A stretch of DNA of 64,000 nucleotides from Pedosphaera sp. (GTDB lineage: Bacteria > Verrucomicrobiota > Verrucomicrobiia > Limisphaerales > SIBH01): positions 32,001-96,000 of the forward strand of contig JANOQV010000105.1 of assembly GCA_031414955.1 (NCBI GenBank), read 5' to 3'. Below the pieces are notes generated by a model, which did not search any database, was not told the DNA's origin, and worked only from the letters and a program-made list of their open reading frames with translations. Below are positions 38,667-48,545 of the stretch, piece after piece; the stretch's first letter is position 1; the number at the start of each line of letters is the position of its first letter. The translations under genes and the position numbers were made by a program.

Positions 38667-39445
38667 ATGAACCCATTGCGCGCCTGACTTTGCTCCCAGC
38701 CTTCGCCGTGGGGACTGTGCCCGCAGCCCGACTCGCCGCCGCCGATGCACCCGCGAAGCCAGAGTCAGGTTCCGCGGCTGAAGTGGCGAAGCAAACGTGG
38801 ACCTTCACTCCGGATCCGAAACTGCCCGACGTGCTCATCCTCGGAGACTCAATCTCGATCGGCTACACGCTGGAGGTGCGAGCCTTGCTGGCGGGCCAGG
38901 CCAATGTTTTTCGCCCCATCTCGACGGACGGGAAGAGTGCGGAGAATTGCAGTGGTACGACCAAGGGCGTCCAGGCGGTGGACTGCTGGCTGGGCGACCG
39001 CAAATGGGCGGTGATTCATTTCAACTTCGGCCTGCACGACTTGAAGCATGTGGCCAAGCCGGGGGCCGACACTGCCACAAGCAAGACCCCGGATCCGCGT
39101 CAGGCGGACGTGGAGCAGTATCGCAAGAATCTCGAAGCGATTGTTCCCAAGCTGAAGGCCACGGGCGCGCGACCGGTCTTTGCCACCACCACGCCCGTTG
39201 CGCCGGGCACGGCCAGTCCGCTACGCGAACCCGACGCCCCGCCCCGCTACAACGCCACCGCGCTGGAGGTGATGAAGGAGCACGGCATCCGGGTGAATGA
39301 CCTGTTCGCCTTCTGCACACCGCAATTGGAGAAGCTGCAGTTGCCGAAGAATGTCCGCTTCTCTACCTCCGGATCAAAAGCCCTCGCCCAACAGGTGGCG
39401 CAAGTGATCGAGATGGAACTCAAGGCGAAGGCGGCGAACAAATGA
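38667..39445 (+). pseudogene. SGNH/GDSL hydrolase, probably decayed
   Basis: ILGDSISIGY and HFNFGLHD present; ATG at 38667 is 1 nt out of frame; block V His replaced by Arg (KNVRF). Confidence 0.6.
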
Positions 39446-39476
39446 TCAGCACGCCCGGGAACGAACTTTGCCGACC

Positions 39477-39660
39477 ATGAAAACTCTGGCGTTGATTCTG
39501 AAATCTCTCGTTCTTGTTACGGCGCTGGCGGCGTCACCGGGAATGCTTTCCGCGGCGGACCGGCCAAACGTCGCCATCTTTCTCGCGGATGATTCGGGCT
39601 GGGGCGATTACAGCATCAACGGCAACAAACAGTTACGCACGCCGAACATCGACTCACTCT
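39477..39660 (+). pseudogene. 5' fragment of a sulfatase
   Basis: Signal peptide + RPNVAIFLADDSGWGDYSINGNKQLRTPNIDSL; similarity stops exactly at the 3' end of the convergent kinase gene. Confidence 0.8.
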
Positions 39661-42600
39661 ATGGATTCTGCCCCACGTTCTCGGCATCAATGGACTCCAG
39701 GCTGGGCGGCCGCCAGTGCCAGAGATCTTTTTCGCTCAAGCCGAGAACAGTGTCCGCATCCAGGAAGATCGGGGTGAAGCTTTGCAGGCGGGCCACCTGC
39801 CGGTTCGCCTCCAGATCGAAGAGCAGCGCATCGCTCCATTCATTCACGAACAACCGCTTGCCGTCCGGCGAAAACGAGACCCGGAAAAAACTGGTGCGGC
39901 TCCCACGAAAGCGCGCGATCTCCCGGCGCGTGGCCAGATCCCACACCCGGACGGTGGCGTCCCAGCTCGTCGAGGCCAGCCGCCGGCCGTCGCTCGAGAT
40001 GGCCACGCGGTTGATCGGATCATCGTGTCCGGCCAGATCCACCAGGCGGCGGCCGGAGGCAACTTCCCAGACTGAAATTTTTCCGCCGCGGTGGCTGAAG
40101 GCGATCTGCCTGCTGTCGGGTGAGAATTGTCCGGTCACGGCCTCCACCGGAGTTTCTTTCCAGTGATGAGCGAGATATGCCGGCTCCAGCGACCAGAGGT
40201 AAAAAGACCGGTCTTTCGCCACGCCGGCCAGCCAGCGATCGTCGGCTGAGAACACGAGGCTGGACATCTGGTTGGAACCGGGCGGCTTCAGCAAGGCCGC
40301 GCGCGTCGTCCCGTCGGTTTCCCAAAGGCCCAGCCCTTCGCCGCTGTCGATGGCCAGCAGCCGGCCCGCCGGACCGACCGCCACCTTGGTCACGTTCGTA
40401 ACGGGCAGGGCCAGTTCCTTCCGCACCCGCCCGGCCCGCGGATCGATCAGCACGCCGGTGCCGTCCGCTCGCAGCGCCGCGAGGGCCGAGGCGTCGGGCG
40501 CGATGCCGCCGTTTCTTTCGGAGACAATTTCCGACGCCAGCTCCAGTCGCATTTTGCCCCGCAACGGAAAATCACTTCCCAGGGGGCGGGCCAGGATTTG
40601 CCCGTCCGGTCGCGCGCTTAAAAGCAGGCCGGCCTTCGGCAGCACCGTGATGGTCAGGTGGGACTCGCTCGACTTGAGCATGGCGACGGTGCGCCAGGTG
40701 CCCTTCTCCCGAACTTCGATCATCTGATCGTAGCTCATGGTGATTAGTTGAGAGTCGTCGGCGGAGAACTTGACCCAGGTGACCTGATCCAGATGGGCCG
40801 CGAAGTTGGTCGTCTGGAGGCCGGTTTCCAGGTTCCAAATTTGCACGCGGTAATCCGTACCCACGCCAAACGCCACCGCTGCCGCGAGCGTCTTGCCGTC
40901 ACCGGCGAGCGCCAGGGCCAGCGGATGGCCGGTGAACATGTGGCCGGACTGGAAGACCGTGGTCTTGTCCGTGTCCGCCCGCCACACGGTGATCTCCCGC
41001 TGACCGGAACTCACGGCCAGCGTCGAGCCGTTGCGCGACCAGGCCGTGACCGTCCCGCGCGGCACGGTGTGTTCGCGGAGCAACCGGCGCGAGACCACGT
41101 CCCAAATCCGCAGGTGCTTGCCGCCGGAAGTGATCAGGCTCTCGCCGTCCGGATGGAAATGCATCGAGGTTAATGCGCCGGGATGCTGGATGGGCGGCCC
41201 GCTGCTTTCCAGGTTCGTCAACGACCAGAAACGAATCAGGCCCTTTTTGTCGAAGGCGGCGAGGAGTTGATCCGACAGCGCGGGAGCCGGCTCGCCGCAG
41301 CCGTGGAGTTCCAACGCCTCACGTTGCTCGGGCACATTCCAAAGCTTCAACGTGCCAGCCTTGTCCTGCGAGGCGATCCAACGACCGTCCGGGGATACAC
41401 CAAGCCCGGTCACTCCGGTGGCGTGGCGGGCCAGCGGCGTGGCAGGCGGGCCGCGCAACTGTTCCCAGAGGTAGCGCCACTCCCAGCCGCGCACATCCAT
41501 CTGGCCGGTGTCGGGGCGGTGCGAGGCGAGCAACTGCCGGGCGTAACTAAAGCGCCGTTGATCGATGGCCTGCTGGACGAGGCCCATGTCCGCACCGTAG
41601 GCGTTGCGGCGCGCCTTCAATTCGCGCTCCTCGGCGAGGATGCGCGCGCGGTTGATCCGGAAGGCCGCGATGGGCGAGCCGACCGCGACCACGACCAGCA
41701 ACAGCAAGGCCGCCAGGCCGACGCCGGCCAGCGCGGGCTTGCGCCGGCACCAGCGGAACACGCGCTCCGGCGCGCTGACCGGTCGCGCGGAGATGGGCTC
41801 ATTGTTCAGGAACCGGTGCAGTTCATTCGCCAGATCGAGCGCGGTGGAGTAGCGCCGGTCGCGCGGTTTTTCCAGGCACTTGAGACAGATGGTCTCCAGA
41901 TCGCGCGGCAGCCTGGGGTGCAGCAGGCGCGGCGCAACCGGATCTTTTTCCAAGACTTGCCGCAAGGTTTCGACCGGCGTCTCCGCCCGGAACGGCGGCC
42001 GGCCGCAGAGCAATTCGTAGAGCACCGCGCCCAGCCCATACACATCGCTGCGCACATCCACCGCGTGAATGTCGCCGCGGGCCTGCTCCGGCGGCATGTA
42101 GCTGGGCGAACCCATGACCGTGCCGCTCAAGGTCGCCCCGGATTCGGTCTGCATGACTTTCGCCAGTCCGAAATCCGTGACCTGCGGCTCGTCCTCCGGA
42201 TCGATGAGCACGTTGGCGGGCTTGAGATCCCGGTGCAGAATCTGCCGGGAATGCGCGTAATGAATGGCGCGGGCGATTTTCTCCACGTAGCGGGCCGCCT
42301 CGCGCGGAGCCAGGGTGTGGTCGCGGGCAAGGTCGGAAAGACTCCGGCCCGCGACGAAATTCATGGAGTAGAAGTGCTGGCCTTCCACCTCCCCGACTTC
42401 GTGGATGGCCACGATGTTGGGATGATTGAGCTGGGCGGCGGAAGTGGCTTCGACCTGGAAGCGGCGAATTTCATCCGCGCCCGCCAGCAGCTCGCTCCGG
42501 ATCATTTTCAGCGCCACGACGCGGCTGAGCGATCGTTGCCGCGCCTTGTAAACCACGCCCATGCCGCCGCGCGCGATCTCTCCGAGCAATTCGTAATCGC

Positions 42601-42802
42601 CAAAGACCTGGCTCGAGCTGGATGGGCTCGCAGCCCCGAGGTCCTCGATCCGGTGCAACCGAATAGTCTCCGCCGCCGCCTTCACCGCGCCCGCCCCCGC
42701 TCCGTCCGCCGCGAGGAAACTGGCGCAGTCAGGACAAAGCCCCGCCGCGACACCCTCCGGCAGCGCGCGACGGCACTCCGAACATCTTTTGATCAAGCTC
42801 AC
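39659..42802 (-). CDS. Ser/Thr protein kinase with a TM helix and WD40 repeats
   Basis: N-terminal CxxC..CxxC, ARGGMGVVY, VALK, HRDLKPAN, DFG, GSPSYM; WD40 units such as GHDDPINRVAISSDGRRLASTSWDATVRVWD. Confidence 0.93.
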   Translation of the reverse strand: MSLIKRCSECRRALPEGVAAGLCPDCASFLAADGAGAGAVKAAAETIRLHRIEDLGAASPSSSSQVFGDYELLGEIARGGMGVVYKARQRSLSRVVALKMIRSELLAGADEIRRFQVEATSAAQLNHPNIVAIHEVGEVEGQHFYSMNFVAGRSLSDLARDHTLAPREAARYVEKIARAIHYAHSRQILHRDLKPANVLIDPEDEPQVTDFGLAKVMQTESGATLSGTVMGSPSYMPPEQARGDIHAVDVRSDVYGLGAVLYELLCGRPPFRAETPVETLRQVLEKDPVAPRLLHPRLPRDLETICLKCLEKPRDRRYSTALDLANELHRFLNNEPISARPVSAPERVFRWCRRKPALAGVGLAALLLLVVVAVGSPIAAFRINRARILAEERELKARRNAYGADMGLVQQAIDQRRFSYARQLLASHRPDTGQMDVRGWEWRYLWEQLRGPPATPLARHATGVTGLGVSPDGRWIASQDKAGTLKLWNVPEQREALELHGCGEPAPALSDQLLAAFDKKGLIRFWSLTNLESSGPPIQHPGALTSMHFHPDGESLITSGGKHLRIWDVVSRRLLREHTVPRGTVTAWSRNGSTLAVSSGQREITVWRADTDKTTVFQSGHMFTGHPLALALAGDGKTLAAAVAFGVGTDYRVQIWNLETGLQTTNFAAHLDQVTWVKFSADDSQLITMSYDQMIEVREKGTWRTVAMLKSSESHLTITVLPKAGLLLSARPDGQILARPLGSDFPLRGKMRLELASEIVSERNGGIAPDASALAALRADGTGVLIDPRAGRVRKELALPVTNVTKVAVGPAGRLLAIDSGEGLGLWETDGTTRAALLKPPGSNQMSSLVFSADDRWLAGVAKDRSFYLWSLEPAYLAHHWKETPVEAVTGQFSPDSRQIAFSHRGGKISVWEVASGRRLVDLAGHDDPINRVAISSDGRRLASTSWDATVRVWDLATRREIARFRGSRTSFFRVSFSPDGKRLFVNEWSDALLFDLEANRQVARLQSFTPIFLDADTVLGLSEKDLWHWRPPSLESIDAENVGQNP

Positions 42803-42988
42803 AGACCCGAGTCATCAGCGCAGGTGCATCTCGCGCTGCGGTTCGGACGCAGGCTACCAGAGTGCGGGATCTGGAGGCCAGCATCGCCTGCCACGGGCGC
42901 ACGGCCCGGGCGCTGTCTGAATTGATCTGGGACTCGTCCCGCCCGCAGTGCTAGCGTCGCCGCATCCCGAAATGACCGCTTGTTCCCG

Positions 42989-44740
42989 ATGAAACTCTGG
43001 CGATGGTTGGCGTTGCTCTGCGCTCTGTGCGGCCCCGTGTTTGGGGCTGTGAAACCAAGCGTCGTCATCTTTCTCGCGGATGATTCGGGCTGGGGCGACT
43101 ACGGCATCAGCGGCAACACGCAGGTGCGCACGCCGAACATCGACTCCATCGCGCGAGGCGGGGTAACACTCGATCGGTTCTACGTGTGCGCGGTGTGTTC
43201 GCCAACGCGCGCAGAGTTTCTCACGGGGCGTTATCATCCGCGCACCGGCGTGCGCGGCGTCTCGACCGGACAGGAACGGTTGAACACGGACGAGAAGACG
43301 TTGGCCGATGCGTTCAAGGCGGCGGGCTACGCGACCGGCGCGTTCGGCAAATGGCACAACGGAAGTCAGTGGCCGTATCATCCGAACGCGCGCGGCTTCG
43401 ACGAGTATTACGGGTTCACGTCCGGGCACTGGGGCGAATACTTTGACCCGCCGCTGGAACACAATGGCCAACCCGTGCGCGGCAAGGGTTACGTCGCGGA
43501 TGATTTCACCAGTCGCGCGCTGGAGTTCATCGAGAAGAATCGCGAGAAGCCGTTTCTCTGCTACGTGCCGTTCAACACGCCGCATTCGCCGTGGGCCGTG
43601 CCGGATGAATTCTGGCAACGGTTCAAAGACAAACCCATCTCTCAGCGCGGCACTGATGCGAACAAGGAACAGTTGGCTCAAACCCGCTGTGCGCTCGCGA
43701 TGATGGAGAACCTCGACGCGAACGCGGGCCGCGTGCTCAAGCGTCTCGACGAACTCAAGCTGAGTGAGAACACCATCGTCATCTATTTCTCGGACAACGG
43801 CCCGAATGCGTGGCGCTGGAACGGCGGGATGAAGGGCATCAAAGGCACGACGGACGAAGGCGGCGTGCGCTCCGTGTTCTTCATGCGCTGGCCGGGCGGA
43901 GGAATCAATGCGGGCACAGTGATGAAGGAAATTGCCGGAGCCATTGATCTGCTGCCCACGCTCACCGCGCTGGCGGGCGTGAAGCGTGTCGGCGACAAGC
44001 CGCTCGACGGCCGCGACCTTTCGCCACTGTTGCGCGGTGAATCCGCGGGATGGCGAGACCGCCTGATTTTTTCCCACCAGAACGGCAACGTCAGCGCGCG
44101 CTCACAGCAATATCGCTTGGACAATCGCGGTGCGCTCTTCGACATGATCGCCGACCCCGGCCAGACGAAGAACATCGCGAGTGACAAGCCCGACATCGCC
44201 ACGCAGATGACGAAGGCCGTGGCCGACTGGCGCGCGGAGGTTTTGCCCAAGTCCAAGGACGACCGCCCGTATCCCGTCGGCTTCTCCCAGTTCCCACGCA
44301 CGCCACTGCCCGCGCGCGACGGTGTTCCGCACGGCAGCATCAAGCGCAGCGCCGGGGCACCGAACTGCTCCTACTTCGTGAACTGGACAAACCTCGACGA
44401 CGAGATGACGTGGGACATCGAAGTGAACACCACAGGCAATTACGACGTGGAAATTCTCTACACCTGTCCCGTCGCCGACGCCGGTTCGACCATTGAACTC
44501 GAATTCAACGGCACGAAACTCACCGGCACCGTCACCCCCGGCTGGAATCCGCCGCTCTACACGAATCAGGACACCATCGCGCGCCCGCCCGGCGAATCGA
44601 AGATGAAGGAGTTCCGCTCGCTGGCTCTCGGCACGATGCGACTGGAAAAAGGCCGTGGCCCGCTCACGCTGCGCGCACTGAAGATACCCGGCCAAAGTGT
44701 CATGGATGTCCGGCAGGTGAACCTCACGCTCCGGAAATAA
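42989..44740 (+). CDS. Arylsulfatase (formylglycine-dependent)
   Basis: FLADD, CSPTRAEFLTGR, GKWH, SDNG. Confidence 0.93.
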   Translation: MKLWRWLALLCALCGPVFGAVKPSVVIFLADDSGWGDYGISGNTQVRTPNIDSIARGGVTLDRFYVCAVCSPTRAEFLTGRYHPRTGVRGVSTGQERLNTDEKTLADAFKAAGYATGAFGKWHNGSQWPYHPNARGFDEYYGFTSGHWGEYFDPPLEHNGQPVRGKGYVADDFTSRALEFIEKNREKPFLCYVPFNTPHSPWAVPDEFWQRFKDKPISQRGTDANKEQLAQTRCALAMMENLDANAGRVLKRLDELKLSENTIVIYFSDNGPNAWRWNGGMKGIKGTTDEGGVRSVFFMRWPGGGINAGTVMKEIAGAIDLLPTLTALAGVKRVGDKPLDGRDLSPLLRGESAGWRDRLIFSHQNGNVSARSQQYRLDNRGALFDMIADPGQTKNIASDKPDIATQMTKAVADWRAEVLPKSKDDRPYPVGFSQFPRTPLPARDGVPHGSIKRSAGAPNCSYFVNWTNLDDEMTWDIEVNTTGNYDVEILYTCPVADAGSTIELEFNGTKLTGTVTPGWNPPLYTNQDTIARPPGESKMKEFRSLALGTMRLEKGRGPLTLRALKIPGQSVMDVRQVNLTLRK

Positions 44741-44753
44741 GTGCCACAGCCGG

Positions 44754-44855
44754 AGCGCCGTAGGTGCGGCAAGAAAATAGCCCAGGGCAAGCGAGACGAA
44801 GTGCGCGCCGCCCTGGGTTCACGTCCCCAAAAAATCTCCAAGCCCTGTAGGGGCG
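44754..44855 (-). repeat. REP arm abutting the restriction endonuclease stop codon
   Basis: TAGCCCAGGGC..GCCCTGGGTT..AAGCCCTGTAGGGGCG; same architecture as the left arm at 30290. Confidence 0.7.
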
Positions 44856-45719
44856 TTACACGGCCAAATCAAGAGGCAGGTCTGCGATGTCGCGAAGCCT
44901 TTTGCCTTCGACCATGATTTTGAGGGACTCTTGTGAATCCTCGTTTCCTTCCGCCTCAACCGCTTGTTGCAATTCCGGCAAGGCGAAGTGGTAAACGCAA
45001 TCGATGTCTCCCGTGCCCAGCGCCAGCGATGAAAGGCGGCTCGGCAAGGGTTCTGAAGTGAGCACCGCGATGTGGGGAGTCCGGCCCTTTCGGTTGCGGA
45101 TGAGGTTCAACGCTTCGGAGCGGGCATTCTGCGCGCGGTCGCTGCGGAGCGTCAGCTTGCAGGAGATGCTGGCATGGATGAGCGGAAGCCCGCCGTTCCG
45201 CGCTCGCAATCCCGTGTGACGCGCAATCGAGTCATCCACTAAAACTTCGGGCTCGTTGATACGTTCGTCCGGTTCCGGGTGGCGCATGATCACGATGTCA
45301 GGGCAGATGAAGTAGTCAGTGCCAAGTGTCGTCGCAAGGACAGTGTTCCCCTTGCAAGCTTCGGCAATCGCGGACAAGTGGCCGTATTGTTCGTATCGCG
45401 CGATGCCGATCCGGTCGCCTTGGCCGATGCGAATTACTTCCCAATCACCGGGCCGGATGTGCTGGAGCTTGAGAAAAGTAGCTTCAAGAAAATCAGCGCA
45501 GATGGACTCGAATTCGTTTCCAGCGGTCTGGGCCGCAAGTTTGTCGGCGTTCACAGCTTGTCCCAACTGTTCCACGATGGCCTTTGCGATACGGATGCTT
45601 GCTCCGTTCTTCTTGTCCGCAATGCTGGGTATGCCGTCTCTAACGGTCAGCAAGTGCTCGAATAGTTGCTGATGAAAACGTCGGCGTGCTGCCTGCATGA
45701 GTGCGTGTTTGATCATCAT
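44856..45719 (-). CDS. NgoMIV-family type II restriction endonuclease (GCCGGC predicted)
   Basis: GNEFE, PDIVI, HASISCKLTLRSDRAQNARSEALNLIRNRKGR, LGTGDIDCVYH. Confidence 0.9.
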   Translation of the reverse strand: MMIKHALMQAARRRFHQQLFEHLLTVRDGIPSIADKKNGASIRIAKAIVEQLGQAVNADKLAAQTAGNEFESICADFLEATFLKLQHIRPGDWEVIRIGQGDRIGIARYEQYGHLSAIAEACKGNTVLATTLGTDYFICPDIVIMRHPEPDERINEPEVLVDDSIARHTGLRARNGGLPLIHASISCKLTLRSDRAQNARSEALNLIRNRKGRTPHIAVLTSEPLPSRLSSLALGTGDIDCVYHFALPELQQAVEAEGNEDSQESLKIMVEGKRLRDIADLPLDLAV

Positions 45720-46798
45720 GAGTGGGATGGTTTGGGCTTTGACGACTTAGCGGATGCGCGCCATTTCGGAGGCGACTCAAGAAGTCGCATTCCCTCGTCC
45801 GAACTTTCGATCTTCGCAATGGGAACACGGCGTTTGTGGAGGGCATTTGCTATGGCGAGCCCGACCGCGCGAGCCACGAGCGGCGGAAAAGCGTTGCCAA
45901 CTTGTCGATACGACGCTGTCTTTCGTCCGCTGAATTTCCATTCGTCGGGAAAACTTTGGATTCGGGCGACCATGCGAACTGTCAGCTTGGGCAGTTCATC
46001 TCGTGGAAACGTCTGATCTGGAGCTGCATCGGCAACGCCCATTGCGTCCACGCCCATCTCACGCCATTGGCGCTTTGCTCGCGTGGGGCCGAGGTCAGGT
46101 CCGCCGTGCTTCTTCGATCCACCAACGATAGTTGGGGCAACCCGGTTGGCTTTTTGGATCCAGTCTTCGACCCCTGACCAACCATTCACCGCCATGAGGT
46201 CTTTGAGAGTTGGGCCGACGGTTCGGTATTCTCGGCAGTGTTCCGGCCATTCAAAGAACTTGAAGTTGGCTGGACGAAGTCCGACGAGGATGAACCGTGG
46301 GCGAAGCTGTGGAACTCCGTAGTCCGCTGCTTGAATCACAAGCCCTTCGGCCTCGTAACCAAGCCTGCTGATCTTTGCCAAAAGCCTGCGACGGTAGTCT
46401 TGGAACTTCGCGCCGGCGAATCCCGGCACGTTTTCGAGCAGTATCGCCGCAGGCTGAATCTGCTCAATCAGATGGAGCGCTGTCGGGAACATGTCCCGAT
46501 CGTCATCTGCGCCGAGTTGCTTTCCAGCGATGGAGAAAGGAGGACATGGAACACCTGCTGCGAACAGATCCACGCCACGCCAGCGCTGTCCGTCCACTTG
46601 GCGCATGTCGTCCTGCCGCACATCCCAATGCGGGCGGTTCAGGCGCAGTGTGGTGCAACAGTCCGAGTCAATCTCGACTGCGCCCGCGCACGAAAAACCG
46701 GCCATCTCCAGACCAAGAGCTTGCCCTCCTCCGCCCGCGCAGAACTCAACAACGCTCAGGCCCACTGTTCCCTCCTCGTGTGAGGGCGGCGCGTCCAT
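45716..46798 (-). CDS. C5-cytosine DNA methyltransferase (M.NgoMIV-like)
   Basis: CAGGGG, GVPCPPFS, ENV, QLRPR, TRD GGSKKHGGPDLGPTRAK, RQVGNA. Confidence 0.93.
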   Translation of the reverse strand: MDAPPSHEEGTVGLSVVEFCAGGGGQALGLEMAGFSCAGAVEIDSDCCTTLRLNRPHWDVRQDDMRQVDGQRWRGVDLFAAGVPCPPFSIAGKQLGADDDRDMFPTALHLIEQIQPAAILLENVPGFAGAKFQDYRRRLLAKISRLGYEAEGLVIQAADYGVPQLRPRFILVGLRPANFKFFEWPEHCREYRTVGPTLKDLMAVNGWSGVEDWIQKANRVAPTIVGGSKKHGGPDLGPTRAKRQWREMGVDAMGVADAAPDQTFPRDELPKLTVRMVARIQSFPDEWKFSGRKTASYRQVGNAFPPLVARAVGLAIANALHKRRVPIAKIESSDEGMRLLESPPKWRASAKSSKPKPSHS

Positions 46799-47222
46799 GC
46801 CTGAGCGCGCGTGGTGGATGTTCTACGGCGCGGCAGTCGCGCACATGGGCAGCGGCAAGATGCCGCCACCTTCTCTGCAAAAAGAGGTGGTAAATACACA
46901 GGCTGAAACGCTCGCGCGCGAATCAGCCTGCTGTGTGGTGACTGTCTTCTGTGGGAACTCTGGTGCCTGAAAAGAAATGGGACGCACTTACTTACGTCCC
47001 ACCTCAGGCACCTAGGAGGCCCCACAGAGGAACGCTTTCAGCGCGCCCCGTGTGGGGCGCGCTTCAAGCGCTGTCCTCTGGTCGAAATTCCTAGGTTTCG
47101 AGGTGAACAGCAGCCGAAGCTGCGCGAATTGGTTTAGTAAAAAGTTTCTGGTCGTTTTGTTTTTCCGAACGCCGTGAGAGTAGCGGGAACGGAACGGTGG
47201 CGACAAGCGCGGGGATTTGTGC

Positions 47223-47304
47223 CGCCCTTTCAGGGCTTGGGTTCTTGTTGGGTGATTAACCCAGGGCGTTGCCCTGGGCTATTGTCTGTCGGGCTTTCAG
47301 CCCT
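47223..47304 (+). repeat. REP arm inverted relative to 44754-44855
   Basis: CGCCCTTTCAGGGCTTGG..AACCCAGGGCGTTGCCCTGGGCTA. Confidence 0.7.
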
Positions 47305-47576
47305 TCGGTTTCTTTGCGCTCTCTGCGTTCTTTGCGGCTATTCCATCCGTGGTTCATCTCACCGGCCTGCGACCACGTTGACTCGCTCGCGCCCGCTCGT
47401 TCGGCCCTGTCGGGCTTTCAACTCCGTTGAACTCCTTTCACCGCTTCCCAAGCGGCTCAAGTCTCCCCATCCTATGCGGAGAAGGAAAAACCGATGGGCG
47501 AGGGCGGCGTCGGACTCTCCCCGGGCATGGCGGTGAGGGAAGGCGTCGCGGGTATTTGACTCCTTACCCGACTCGC

Positions 47577-47963
47577 CTACCAAACAGCCCGGACACCGTA
47601 AGGCGGGAAGGACTCGTCGGGAGACACGACGACGAGGTCGTGCATCAACGCCTGGGCGAGGATGACGCGGTCGAAGGGGTCTTTGTGATGGGCGGGCAAT
47701 TCGCTGCCGCGCAGCAGGGCTTCGGCGGTCAGGGACAGTTCGACGAGTCCCCACTTGCCAGCTTGCTCCGTCCACCATCGGCGCGGCGCGGAGGGCAGCG
47801 TCAGTTTGCCGGCACTGTGTTTGAGGGTGATTTCCCAGAGGGTCGCGTGACTGACGTGCAGGATGGCATCCGGGGTGTTGATGGCGGCGACAGCGGTCTG
47901 GCTCAGGCGGGTGGGTTCACTGGCGAGCCAGATGGGGGTGCAGGAATCCAGGAGCAGATTCAC
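47577..47963 (-). CDS. vapC: PIN-domain VapC toxin
   Basis: LLLDSC, TLWEI..K, HHKDPFDR, VVSPD. Confidence 0.9.
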   Translation of the reverse strand: MNLLLDSCTPIWLASEPTRLSQTAVAAINTPDAILHVSHATLWEITLKHSAGKLTLPSAPRRWWTEQAGKWGLVELSLTAEALLRGSELPAHHKDPFDRVILAQALMHDLVVVSPDESFPPYGVRAVW

Positions 47964-48202
47964 AGCAGGCCGAGTTCTTTGATGCCGGCGCTATCGAGCG
48001 CGGCGAAGGAAGCAGTGTTCCATTTCACCGGGGCCGAGGTTGTTTCTCCAACTTTGGGGCGGGCCGTGGCGCGGGGAGCAGGGAGTGGAACGATTTTCGC
48101 CACCGCCGTCGCGCCGTCGCGCAGCAGGACTTCTTCGCCGCCTTTCACATGGCGCATGAGTTGCGGGAAATGGCTCCCGGCGTAGTCCAGCGTTGCTTCC
48201 AT
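47960..48202 (-). CDS. Phd/YefM-type antitoxin
   Basis: HFPQLMRHVKGGEEVLLRDGATAVAKIVP; GTGA overlap with the toxin. Confidence 0.85.
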   Translation of the reverse strand: MEATLDYAGSHFPQLMRHVKGGEEVLLRDGATAVAKIVPLPAPRATARPKVGETTSAPVKWNTASFAALDSAGIKELGLL

Positions 48203-48302
48203 GCCAGCAACCTTGCCACCGGGCTGCGCAGCGTGCAAGGACGCAGGCGGCGTGGGGTGCGATTACAAGTGCGGTCAGAAATGCCAGACGCGCGTGCCGG
48301 TC

Positions 48303-48432
48303 TCCTTCTCCCCTCAACGGGGAGAGGGCCGGGGTGAGGGGTGGGAATGTGGCGAGGCTTCCGACCTGGCTAAAATCACGAGACGCATCACCCCTCACCC
48401 TCAATCCCTCTCCCCGTTGAGGGGAGAGGGAA
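48303..48432. repeat. CCCTCTCCC-type REP dimer
   Basis: CCTTCTCCCCTCAACGGGGAGAGGG..GGGTGAGGGG mirrored by CCCCTCACCC..CCCTCTCCCCGTTGAGGGGAGAGGG; degenerate related copies at about 47455-47545. Confidence 0.75.
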
Positions 48433-48545
48433 GCCAGAAGCAATGACCCTCACTTGCCATCGCACCCGGCCGCGCATTTCGGCTAACGCAACCGCTCGTC
48501 CACTGTTCTCTTTTCACGCGCGGAACGATCCTTCACACTCTGCGC

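Noticed and set aside
39468..40166. 232-aa ORF as an intact protein
   Set aside because: Only the first ~60 aa are sulfatase-like; the rest is read-through antisense to the kinase
47160..47210. Possible attC fragment (GTTCGGA on the minus strand)
   Set aside because: No matching inverse core or hairpin
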